Below are positions 1 through 8,399 of a stretch of 64,000 bases of DNA, in pieces. The stretch lies in assembly GCA_965261825.1 (NCBI GenBank), contig CBDHED010000003.1, positions 135,090 to 199,089 on the forward strand. The letters are read 5' to 3'. Made by a program: the position numbers and the translations under genes. The DNA comes from Dehalococcoidia bacterium. GTDB lineage: Bacteria > Chloroflexota > Dehalococcoidia > Lucifugimonadales > QGNO01. The notes under the pieces were generated by a model that had not been told where the DNA came from, searched no databases, and worked only from the letters and a program-made list of their open reading frames with translations. The first letter of the stretch is position 1; the number at the start of each line of letters is the position of its first letter.

Positions 1-1
1 T

Positions 2-937
2 ACAGGAAAGGAGATAATCGAGAAACCCGGAGCTCACGGCAATCTCTTCTTCTTCATCACAGATCTCCTTTACTGGGACATGCGCGGTGACCTCCTTGGG
101 AAATGCTACGGTACCCTGATCATGGTGCCCCGTGAAGAGATGGGCACCGGCAGGGCAATGTCAGTGGAACGCTTAGGTGAGCGTATGTTGTATGAACGAG
201 AGCCCGGCAAGTACAACGAAGAGAAGGTTGAAGAGATCCTAGACATGGTGAAGAAGGGACGCCCCAGGGGCAAAGAGATTCTATACTGGGAGGACGTCAA
301 CGTGGGCGATAAGTTGACGCCCTTTGTGCTTCCTCCTTGGACTGACCAGGACTACGCCGGTCCCAACTTGATCCGCAACGGACCGCAGAGGGCATACGGC
401 TTTGATGCAGGATATAGGATGCGGAAGTACATCAGACAAGAAGGTGGGGGAGGCGTCACTTACACGCATCCGGTTTCCCGCTGGCCTTGGAGCCCGGGTG
501 CCGAACACGGCGATGCCCTCATGGCGGCCTACCGCGGCCAGTCTCTCCCCTTTGACTGGGGTGGTCAGAGATCCCAGATACCTCAAGCCTTGATGAGTAA
601 CTGGATGGGCGACCACGGCTTCATTCGCCGTCTCCAGATGGCCCTACGCCGGCCCATGTACTACGGAGACCTTGGTGTTTATAGCGGTGAAGTGACAAAG
701 AAGTTCAAAGAAGTGCAGAAAGGCGAGTCCGGCGAAGGCGCTGTCCCCGGGGAGAGGACCTACTACGCGGTGGGCATCAAGTACGAGGGACGCAACCACG
801 AGGACCAGGTATTTGTCCAAGGCACGTCCACGGTCTACCTGCCCTCCCGGGAAGGTGGCATGGTGCAACTGCCTATTCCGCACGTGGCCAGACCCCCTGC
901 GGTCCCCTACGAGACCTTCTACAGGGACTGGTACTAG
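2..937 (+). CDS. double hot-dog fold (MaoC/FAS1-dehydratase-like) protein, paralog A; 5' end cut by window edge
   Basis: The frame is open from nt 2. TGKEIIEKPGAHGNLFFFITDLLYWD...CYGTLIMVP aligns with the internal part of the full-length paralogs at 4163, 27949(-), 39084 and 40469. It ends ...VPYETFYRDWY. Confidence 0.8.
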   Translation, partial: TGKEIIEKPGAHGNLFFFITDLLYWDMRGDLLGKCYGTLIMVPREEMGTGRAMSVERLGERMLYEREPGKYNEEKVEEILDMVKKGRPRGKEILYWEDVNVGDKLTPFVLPPWTDQDYAGPNLIRNGPQRAYGFDAGYRMRKYIRQEGGGGVTYTHPVSRWPWSPGAEHGDALMAAYRGQSLPFDWGGQRSQIPQALMSNWMGDHGFIRRLQMALRRPMYYGDLGVYSGEVTKKFKEVQKGESGEGAVPGERTYYAVGIKYEGRNHEDQVFVQGTSTVYLPSREGGMVQLPIPHVARPPAVPYETFYRDWY

Positions 938-966
938 ACCCAGTTTATTGGAGCGTCTAAGGCTTG

Positions 967-2295
967 ATGGAACTAGACGGGATGCTCACCGGGATACGTG
1001 TGCTCGACTCCACCACGGCAGTAGCAATGCCAACGGCGATGCACATCCTGGCCGATATGGGGGCCGAGGTGATAAAGGTTGAAGCCCCCGCCAGAGAGGA
1101 GTCCGCTGCCAGGGATGACGCGTTCCAGTACTTGCAACACGGCAAGCTGGGAGTGACGGTCAATATCAAGGCGGAGGGCGGCCTAGACCTTTACAAAGAC
1201 CTAGTGCGTGTCAGTGACGTCCTTGTAGAGAACAATAGGGCCGGTACCATCGCCCGTTTGGGACTGGGATATGATGAACTGCGTAAAGTAAACCCCACCA
1301 TTGTTATGCTCTCCAACACCGGCTTCGGCCAGACAGGCCCATGGAGGCGCTATACTGGGATCGGATCTTTCCTTGAACTAACCACAGGAGTCAGCCACTT
1401 CACCGGCTATTTGGATCAGGGCCCGCGGCAGGTTGGAGGGGCCTGGATCGATATTCACGCGGCGTGGATGACCGTCTTCTCCGTGCTTGCCGCGCTTTAC
1501 CATCGTGCCCAAACGGGAGTTGGGCAGCATGTCGACTTCGCCATGTACCAGGTCGGTGTGACCACGATGGGTGTTGATCTTCTCGATTACTTCTCCAACG
1601 GTAGGATTGGAAAGCAGATGGCGAATCGTCATCCATACTACGCACCACACGGCCTGTACCCCTGTAAGGGCGAAGACAGATGGATCGCCATCGCCGTAGA
1701 GTCCGATGTCCAGTGGCGGGCACTTTGTATATTGATGGACAAGCCTGAGTTGGCGAATGACCCGCGATACGCAGACAGCCTGAGCCGCTGGCATCATCAA
1801 GACGACCTTGAACCCGTCATCGCGGCCTGGAGCAAGGAATACGATTACAGAGAGTTGATGAAGCTAACCCAAGACAAAGGCATAGTAGCCTCCATAGTAC
1901 CTGATGCCGCAGAACTAATGACGGACCCGCATATGGTGGCCCGGGGCTTCTACGAAAAAATGACCCACTCCCCGGAATCGGGATACGGTACCAGGCTATT
2001 CATCGGACGTCCTTGGAAAGCGTCCCATACCCCATCTCATTTCCGTAGACCCGCTCCCTACCTCGGTGAGCACAACGAATATGTCTTCGGAGAGCTCCTC
2101 GGTTTGTACCACAAAGACCTGGAGCGGCTCTACCAGAACGGGGTTGCCGCCAAGATTCCTCCCAAGCCACAACAAGAGAGTGCAGGTCGACCCGTAGGGC
2201 GTAGAGGCCATATCGGCTACGCGGCGCCGTCGGTGGAGAACGGTACCTTGGCCTACGTTGACTCTGACTATAAAAAGAAACTCGGCATCGAATGA
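967..2295 (+). CDS. family-III (CaiB/BaiF-type) CoA-transferase, alpha-type subunit, copy 1
   Basis: Motifs: GIRVLDSTTAVAMPTAMHILADMGAEVIKVE, NNRAGT..LGLGY, GFGQTGPW, AWIDIH...LAALYHR..GVGQHVDFAMYQ. ATG 967 is preferred over TTG 964 by comparison with the paralogs at 41861 and 59469. Confidence 0.85.
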   Translation: MELDGMLTGIRVLDSTTAVAMPTAMHILADMGAEVIKVEAPAREESAARDDAFQYLQHGKLGVTVNIKAEGGLDLYKDLVRVSDVLVENNRAGTIARLGLGYDELRKVNPTIVMLSNTGFGQTGPWRRYTGIGSFLELTTGVSHFTGYLDQGPRQVGGAWIDIHAAWMTVFSVLAALYHRAQTGVGQHVDFAMYQVGVTTMGVDLLDYFSNGRIGKQMANRHPYYAPHGLYPCKGEDRWIAIAVESDVQWRALCILMDKPELANDPRYADSLSRWHHQDDLEPVIAAWSKEYDYRELMKLTQDKGIVASIVPDAAELMTDPHMVARGFYEKMTHSPESGYGTRLFIGRPWKASHTPSHFRRPAPYLGEHNEYVFGELLGLYHKDLERLYQNGVAAKIPPKPQQESAGRPVGRRGHIGYAAPSVENGTLAYVDSDYKKKLGIE

Positions 2296-3518
2296 CGCAA
2301 GCAGGGCCATTTAATAAGCTGCGTGTTATAGACCTAGCAACCGAGGTCGCCGGCCCCTTTGCCACAAAACTCTTCGCCGACTACGGCGCCGATGTGATCA
2401 AAGTGGAACCGGTTGGTGGTGAGCCGTCAAGGCGCATGGGGCCCTTTCACGAGGACGACCCTCATCCTGAAAAGAGCTTGACCTTCCTTTTCCTGAACTG
2501 TAACAAGCGCGGGGTCACACTGAATCTGGAGACAGAGGCCGGTAGGAAGATATTTCGCGAGTTGGTCAGGGGCGCCGACCTACTCGTGGAGAGCAACCCG
2601 CCCCGCTATCTCGAAGGGTTAGGTATAGGCTATCGCGAACTGGAGAACCTCAATCCCCAGCTCGTGATGACGTCCATTACACCTTTCGGTCGGACCGGGC
2701 CCTATCGGGATTTCAAAGGCAACGACTTGGTGTACTACGCATTCGGTGGGCAGATGTACGTCAGTGGCGCCTATGACCGAGAGCCGTTGAAGCACGGACA
2801 CCCTCAGAGCCTCTTCTTGGGTGGCATGGTTGCAGCACACGCCACCACTGCAGCTCTGTTTGCCAGAACTATGCTTGGCCGAGGCCAGCATATAGACCTA
2901 TCCTTGGCAGAGGTTATGGCGGCCGATCAATACCAGTCCGCCGTGCGCTACGCCTTCTCCGGTCAAGTGACCCGCCGAGCGCCCAAGAGCGACACCGGTG
3001 ACCCCAAGGGCACTGGATTCAACGGCATGGTCCGGGCCAAGGACGGCTATGTGCGTCTGTCGGTCAGCCCCCCGAATCGCCTCTACCCCAGGTCAGGGGA
3101 GACGCCGTGGAAAGATTACGCGGCCCTACTTGGCCATCCCGAGTTGGGACAGCCACTACAAGACGCCGAGAGCATCCAGGATATAGACTCACTCCTCTTG
3201 CCCGTCATCCGGGAGATGCCCAAGTTCGAGTATTTTCATAACCTGATGACCCAGGAGTGGGACGCAGCAGTGGCGCAGACCCCGGAAGATTTGGCCGGCA
3301 GCCCTCAGTTGGAAGACCGTGGCTTCTTCACCCAAGTAGAGCATCCTGTTGTAGGAAAGATAAGATTTCCCGGTGAGATTGTGAGGTTCTCCAAATCGCC
3401 ATGGAGCCTTCGTTTTCCCGCTCCGTTGTTGGGGCAGCACAATAGAGCGGTGTACTGCGGAGAGCTCGGTTACACAGATGAGGATGTCGTGAACCTTAGG
3501 CAGCTAGGCGTCATTTAG
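2292..3518 (+). CDS. family-III CoA-transferase-like, beta-type subunit, copy 1
   Basis: Motifs: LRVIDLATEVAGPFATKLFADYGADVIKVEP, ITPFGRTGPY, GRGQHIDLSLAEV. The start ATG overlaps the upstream stop (ATGA), which indicates translational coupling. Confidence 0.85.
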   Translation: MTQAGPFNKLRVIDLATEVAGPFATKLFADYGADVIKVEPVGGEPSRRMGPFHEDDPHPEKSLTFLFLNCNKRGVTLNLETEAGRKIFRELVRGADLLVESNPPRYLEGLGIGYRELENLNPQLVMTSITPFGRTGPYRDFKGNDLVYYAFGGQMYVSGAYDREPLKHGHPQSLFLGGMVAAHATTAALFARTMLGRGQHIDLSLAEVMAADQYQSAVRYAFSGQVTRRAPKSDTGDPKGTGFNGMVRAKDGYVRLSVSPPNRLYPRSGETPWKDYAALLGHPELGQPLQDAESIQDIDSLLLPVIREMPKFEYFHNLMTQEWDAAVAQTPEDLAGSPQLEDRGFFTQVEHPVVGKIRFPGEIVRFSKSPWSLRFPAPLLGQHNRAVYCGELGYTDEDVVNLRQLGVI

Positions 3519-4162
3519 CAGAGCCCGCGACACTCATCGTATGCATTTGCTTGCGAGTGGAACTACCCCTTCAACAGCGAGGATTTCAACCCCAGGCTCT
3601 ACTACGTGGCCAGGCTGTATAGAGATGGTACGCCCGCAGGGGCTGAAGATGTAAAATTCGTCAGGGGTTCCGAGAGACCACGAGCATCGAGTTCGACGTC
3701 TCAGGCATAGAGAGGAGAGGCAAGTTCACCGTGACGGCGACGCGCCTCCGCCGACGCCGGGCCTGATGGAGCCGAGGCCACGTACCACACCGTCGCTACA
3801 TAGCTCTAGTGAGGTACGGAGATAGTCATAGATCGGTTTCGTGAACCCGGCTGAACCCCTTGGCAACTCCCTGGGGACCCGCTTGCCTAGAGCGATCTCA
3901 CGGGAGTGGGCATCAAGCTAATGCAGGATACACATCCTTTGAGGAAATAAGAGCTCTAAGCTCTGTAGCCACTGATACTCAAAAACATCTCTGTCGTATT
4001 CCTCAATCATTGCCTTGACAGCGCTCTGAATCAGTGGTACAAGCTCGCTCACCTGATGCCTAAACGCTACCGTCTTGAATACCCATGACAAACCTAGAGA
4101 ACCTCTGGGTCCGTATCTCAGTTGGAGAATAGCGTACGCTCGGAGAAAAGGGGGAGGAACGA

Positions 4163-5524
4163 ATGTTGACCCAGACTTTCGAAGAGGCAATTACCGAGTA
4201 CATCGAACGGTGCAAGGAGGCAATTGGAAAAGAGAGAGACGAATATAGGCCCCCCGGCCCGGGGACTCCGTTTCCTTGGTCCTCGCCATATGAAGCGGCA
4301 TTAAGATTCGATTCCCGGACAATCCGCAACTACACCTTGGCTCACGGTGATGACAACCCCCTATTCATCGACCCAGAGTATGGCAAGAGGACGCGCTACG
4401 GCTCCCAACTAGTCCCTAACCCGGCCCTCATTTTGGTAAGAGGCGCCGGCGGCCAAGGACCAAACAGACCCCAGGGATACCCGGTAGGCGATTTCTTTTC
4501 CGGAGTCGCCTGGGACTACTACGATGTTGTCAGGCTTGGTGCCGCTCGTGTTAAGAACACCAAAACCACCACGGAGTTCTTTGAAAAGCAAGGCTCAAGA
4601 GGACGCTTGCTCTTCCTCATCGCGGAGAACCGGTATTGGGATGCCCACGCCGATTTGATAGCCATGTGCTACGGGACGCTTATTCTGGTCCCAATTGAAG
4701 CTATGGGCGGCGGTCGTGCCATGCCCGTGGAGCGCTTAGGCGAACAGCTAATGTACGAACGTAAGGCATCCCAGTACAATCGTGAGCAAGTAGACGAATG
4801 TCTTGCGACGATGAACCAGTCTTACCGACGTGGTGCGAATACACTCTACTGGGAAGACGTTCAGGTAGGAGACAAACTGGGGCCTCTAGTCCATCCACCA
4901 TTCACTCTCCTAGACCAGATATCAGGTGGCGTGGTCTCTGGCGCCACGCAAGGCCCCAGGCAGTATGAGGAGGGTGAGGATCTGACTCATGAGGGCCTTC
5001 AATTTGAGGGCGTGTTCCATCGGAATCGGAAGAGACCTGGAGGTGCGGGCACGCACCCCATTACTCGTTGGCCTTGGGGTCCCCGTGATGAGCACCCCGA
5101 TGCCGTAACCGCCCCGTTCCGCGGACAGCCGTTACCCTTTGACGGGGGGGTCAGGCGCACGCAAGCAGCCAACAGAATGCTGACAGACTGGATGGGTGAC
5201 GATGGGTTCATTCGGCGCTACCAGACCGCCCTACGCAAACCGCTGTATTACGGAGACACCACCATATATACGGGTGAGGTAGTAAGAAAGTTCAAAGAAG
5301 TGCAAGAGGGCAACGCCGAGCCTGGGGGCCAGCCCGGTAAGGCTGAGTACAACGTTGTAGGGATCAAACTGCAAGGGTCCAATCAACTGGAAGAGATCCA
5401 GATGCAGGGCACCGCAGCCATATATCTGCCCTCGCGAGAAACCGGGCCAGTTAAGTTACCCGTGCCCCACCCTGGGAATCCCCCGTACGTACCTTATGAA
5501 ACCTTCTATCGTGACTGGTATTGA
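4163..5524 (+). CDS. double hot-dog fold (MaoC/FAS1-dehydratase-like) protein, paralog B
   Basis: GGAGGA Shine-Dalgarno 4 nt upstream of the ATG. IRNYTLAHGDDNPLFIDPEYG resembles the MaoC_dehydrat_N / hydratase-2 segment. LYWEDVQVGDKLGP is a typical MaoC hot-dog entry. C-terminus VPYETFYRDWY. Confidence 0.85.
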   Translation: MLTQTFEEAITEYIERCKEAIGKERDEYRPPGPGTPFPWSSPYEAALRFDSRTIRNYTLAHGDDNPLFIDPEYGKRTRYGSQLVPNPALILVRGAGGQGPNRPQGYPVGDFFSGVAWDYYDVVRLGAARVKNTKTTTEFFEKQGSRGRLLFLIAENRYWDAHADLIAMCYGTLILVPIEAMGGGRAMPVERLGEQLMYERKASQYNREQVDECLATMNQSYRRGANTLYWEDVQVGDKLGPLVHPPFTLLDQISGGVVSGATQGPRQYEEGEDLTHEGLQFEGVFHRNRKRPGGAGTHPITRWPWGPRDEHPDAVTAPFRGQPLPFDGGVRRTQAANRMLTDWMGDDGFIRRYQTALRKPLYYGDTTIYTGEVVRKFKEVQEGNAEPGGQPGKAEYNVVGIKLQGSNQLEEIQMQGTAAIYLPSRETGPVKLPVPHPGNPPYVPYETFYRDWY

Positions 5525-5712
5525 ACGGCGGCTCGTTAGACCCAGAGCAGTATAACCGGAGGTAGCCGGCTTGGCAGTCCCCGCGTTACTAGCGCCGCTA
5601 CTCTTCTTCCATGGTAACAAGCGGCAAGCCCGTACCACGGACTTCGCCTCTCTACTGCTGCGTGACGGCTACCGTTGAATCGCGTTAGATCAGCGGGGAG
5701 ACGGCGACCGAG

Positions 5713-7512
5713 CTACCAGCCAAAGGCGTAAGCAGTGTTCCCTTTAGGCGAGGCGGCGCCTGAGATTGTGCCCCGCTCCTTGTCAAATTGGATCGCCATC
5801 ACCCTTCCATTGGCCCAGTCCCCCACGATGTCTATCTGGTGGCCTCGACTTTCCAGCTCACCGATAACCTCCGGGGGGATGCGACCTTCGGCGATGACCT
5901 TTGCGGGGTACGCCGCCCTGGGATAAAAGGAAGACGGGAAATGGTTGGAGTGCACGGTGGGTGCATCCAACGCCTCCTGTAGATTCATGCCGAACTCCAC
6001 GTAGTTCATGAAGAACTGTAGCGTCCACTGGTCTTGGGCATCTCCACCTGGCGTACCAAACACCATAAACGGTTCTCCTCTCTTGGTTACCAGGGATGGC
6101 GTCAGTGTTGCCCTGGGCCGCTTGTGTGGAGCCAATGCGTTGGGCCGCTCTGGATTCAGGTAGAACATCTGCCCCCTGGTGCCCAGCGGAAATCCCAATC
6201 CCTTGATGACGGGGGACGAGCGCAGCCACCCGCCGCTCGGCGTAGCGCTCACCATATTCCCTTCGTGGTCAACCGCATCCAGGTGTGTCGTGTCGTTTAT
6301 GTGTCCCTCTGTCGATCCGGACTGGGGCGCTTCAGCCACCGGCAGGCCAAGCGCTCTTCTGTTGTCTAGAGCTACGTCCAGAAGATCGTAGGAGAGACTT
6401 CCCCGGCCAACGTCTCCGGCAACAAGTTCTGTGGAGGCCTGAGCGCCGACAAGCTCTTGTCTTGCTGCGGCGTATCTCTCCGAAAGAAGCTTGGCCACGG
6501 GCACTTCATCAAACATCGGGTCGCCGTAGTAGGCTTCCCGATCAGCGAACGCCAGTTTCGCCGACTCGATCCAGGTATGCAGGTAGTTAGCGGAGTTGTG
6601 GCCCATGCTCTTGAGATCGAACCCGTTCAATATTGCGAGCGTCTGAAGGAAAACCAGGCCCTGCGTCCAGGGAGGGCATTTGTGTACATCCAGTCCTCGA
6701 AAGCTATAGGTCACTGGATCCTCTACTTGTGCGTGCCACTCTGCAATATCCTCGTAAGATAACAGTCCCCTATGAGACTTGCCGCTGGCGTCTTCCACCG
6801 GGTTCTCACTGATGAACCTGGCAATGCGTTCGGCAATGTCTCCCTTATAGAAGGCGTCACGCGCTGCCTCTATGCCACTCGTCCGACCCTTGTGTTGGGC
6901 CTCCTTTTCAGCACGGACCATCGTCTTGAGCACATCGGCCCAGTCCTGGTTGCGGATTACATCCCCCAACTCAGGGGCTCGGCCAAAGGGCCAATAAACC
7001 TCACCGGTTGTCGGGTAAAGCTCTCCTAAACTATCGGCGTACTCGGCAAGCCTGGTCTGCAGTGTCGGGTAGAGGACAAATCCATTCTCGGCCAGATCAA
7101 TCGCGGGTTGGAGCACCTGGGCAAACGACATGGTGCCCCACCTTGCTAAGGCTACAGCCCATGTGTCCACTACAGCGGGCACGCAGGCGGGCAAATACCC
7201 GTCTCCCGGGATGAGGTCAATGCCGTTGTCACGGCACCAGTCAATGGTAAACGCTTTTGGCGTCCATCCCATGCCGCTGATGGCATACGTCCTACCTTCA
7301 CGCGCCGAGTAGATTAGCGTAGGCACTTCGCCGCCAATACCGCAGCTGGCTGGCTCCAGTATGTTCAGACAGAAACACATGGCGGCCGCCGCGTCTATGG
7401 CATTGCCGCCTTGGTCCATGATACGGAAGCCTGCAGCCGTAGCCAGGTAATGTCCTGAGGTTACCACTCCTCGCGTCCCCAGAATCACCGGTCGAGTTGT
7501 GAAAGTCCCCAT
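5713..7512 (-). CDS. gamma-glutamyltranspeptidase (GGT) family protein; no obvious signal peptide
   Basis: 599 aa. INDTTHLDAVDHEGNMVSATPSGG fits the autoprocessing Thr region, and FGTPGGDAQDQ is also present. GGAGGGAG Shine-Dalgarno upstream. Confidence 0.85.
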   Translation of the reverse strand: MGTFTTRPVILGTRGVVTSGHYLATAAGFRIMDQGGNAIDAAAAMCFCLNILEPASCGIGGEVPTLIYSAREGRTYAISGMGWTPKAFTIDWCRDNGIDLIPGDGYLPACVPAVVDTWAVALARWGTMSFAQVLQPAIDLAENGFVLYPTLQTRLAEYADSLGELYPTTGEVYWPFGRAPELGDVIRNQDWADVLKTMVRAEKEAQHKGRTSGIEAARDAFYKGDIAERIARFISENPVEDASGKSHRGLLSYEDIAEWHAQVEDPVTYSFRGLDVHKCPPWTQGLVFLQTLAILNGFDLKSMGHNSANYLHTWIESAKLAFADREAYYGDPMFDEVPVAKLLSERYAAARQELVGAQASTELVAGDVGRGSLSYDLLDVALDNRRALGLPVAEAPQSGSTEGHINDTTHLDAVDHEGNMVSATPSGGWLRSSPVIKGLGFPLGTRGQMFYLNPERPNALAPHKRPRATLTPSLVTKRGEPFMVFGTPGGDAQDQWTLQFFMNYVEFGMNLQEALDAPTVHSNHFPSSFYPRAAYPAKVIAEGRIPPEVIGELESRGHQIDIVGDWANGRVMAIQFDKERGTISGAASPKGNTAYAFGW

Positions 7513-7762
7513 AGCTCCCTCCCTAGCCTAAGCTCCATGTGATGTACCTAGCCATCTTATTCATGGAACCTTACCAGAGGCAGACAGGACGGCCAATACC
7601 TCCTCGCTCGTAACATGTTCAAGCTCAAAGTAGGCTTTCTTATCTCATCATCATTGAGTATCACGCTGGAATAGGCCAAGAACCACTGATTCCCCGCGTA
7701 TCCTTCAATGGCAAGACTGTCGTCATGGTACATGCGGAAGCAGGGGGCCGCGTCGCTGACCG

Positions 7763-7984
7763 ATGAGTGCCCCGACACTGACCGTCCTCGGCCTCGGCGG
7801 AGGCGTCCAGTCCTCCGTCATGGAGCTCATTTCATGGGTCCAAATCCGGATAAGAGGTAGACACCCACGACCAAGCATGTCGTATACTGCCTTTACCGGT
7901 CTATATAGGGAAGCATACCGATTGCGCGTATGGTTCATGATGACCAATAACCCAATACGGAATCCCCATAGAACGAACGTCTAG
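7763..7984 (+). pseudogene. possible remnant of a PP-loop (PAPS-reductase-like) gene; only about 20 N-terminal residues are recognisable
   Basis: MSAPTLTVLGLGGGVQSSVM resembles the N-terminal nucleotide-binding loop of phage-type PAPS-reductase family proteins. The rest of the ORF has no protein-like character. Confidence 0.2.
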
Positions 7985-7994
7985 TACATATGAT

Positions 7995-8399
7995 ATGCCG
8001 ATACCATTAGAGGTTGTTATAGAGCGCACTCCGCTATCCCAGCAGGCTGACCGCCGCCGCTTGAGAGCTTGGAAGCGGGTGGTGCGGAATGCTGTGGGAG
8101 AAGAGTGGGACGCTGAACCGCCCTTCGCCGGAGAAGTCATGGTGGGCATCACCTACTACTTCAAAGGAGAGTCTCTGGATGTCGACAATATGCCGAAGCC
8201 AATCCTGGACGCACTGAAGGGGCTGGTCTATGCCGACGACGACCAAATAACCGACCTCGTCTGCCGCAAGAGAACCCGGGATAGAGACCTGCAATTTGAG
8301 AACCCGTCACCCGTTCTGCTGGAAACGCTCGGACGATCCGAGCAGTTTCTCCACATCACCGTGAACGAAGCACTGAGCCTGGAGGTGCCATCTTGGTGA
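7995..8399 (+). CDS. RusA-family Holliday-junction resolvase-like endonuclease
   Basis: 134 aa. LDVDNMPKPILDALKGLVYADDDQI matches the RusA acidic/Lys core (D-x-D-N-x2-K-x3-D-A-L...D-D-x-Q). Confidence 0.7.
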   Translation: MPIPLEVVIERTPLSQQADRRRLRAWKRVVRNAVGEEWDAEPPFAGEVMVGITYYFKGESLDVDNMPKPILDALKGLVYADDDQITDLVCRKRTRDRDLQFENPSPVLLETLGRSEQFLHITVNEALSLEVPSW

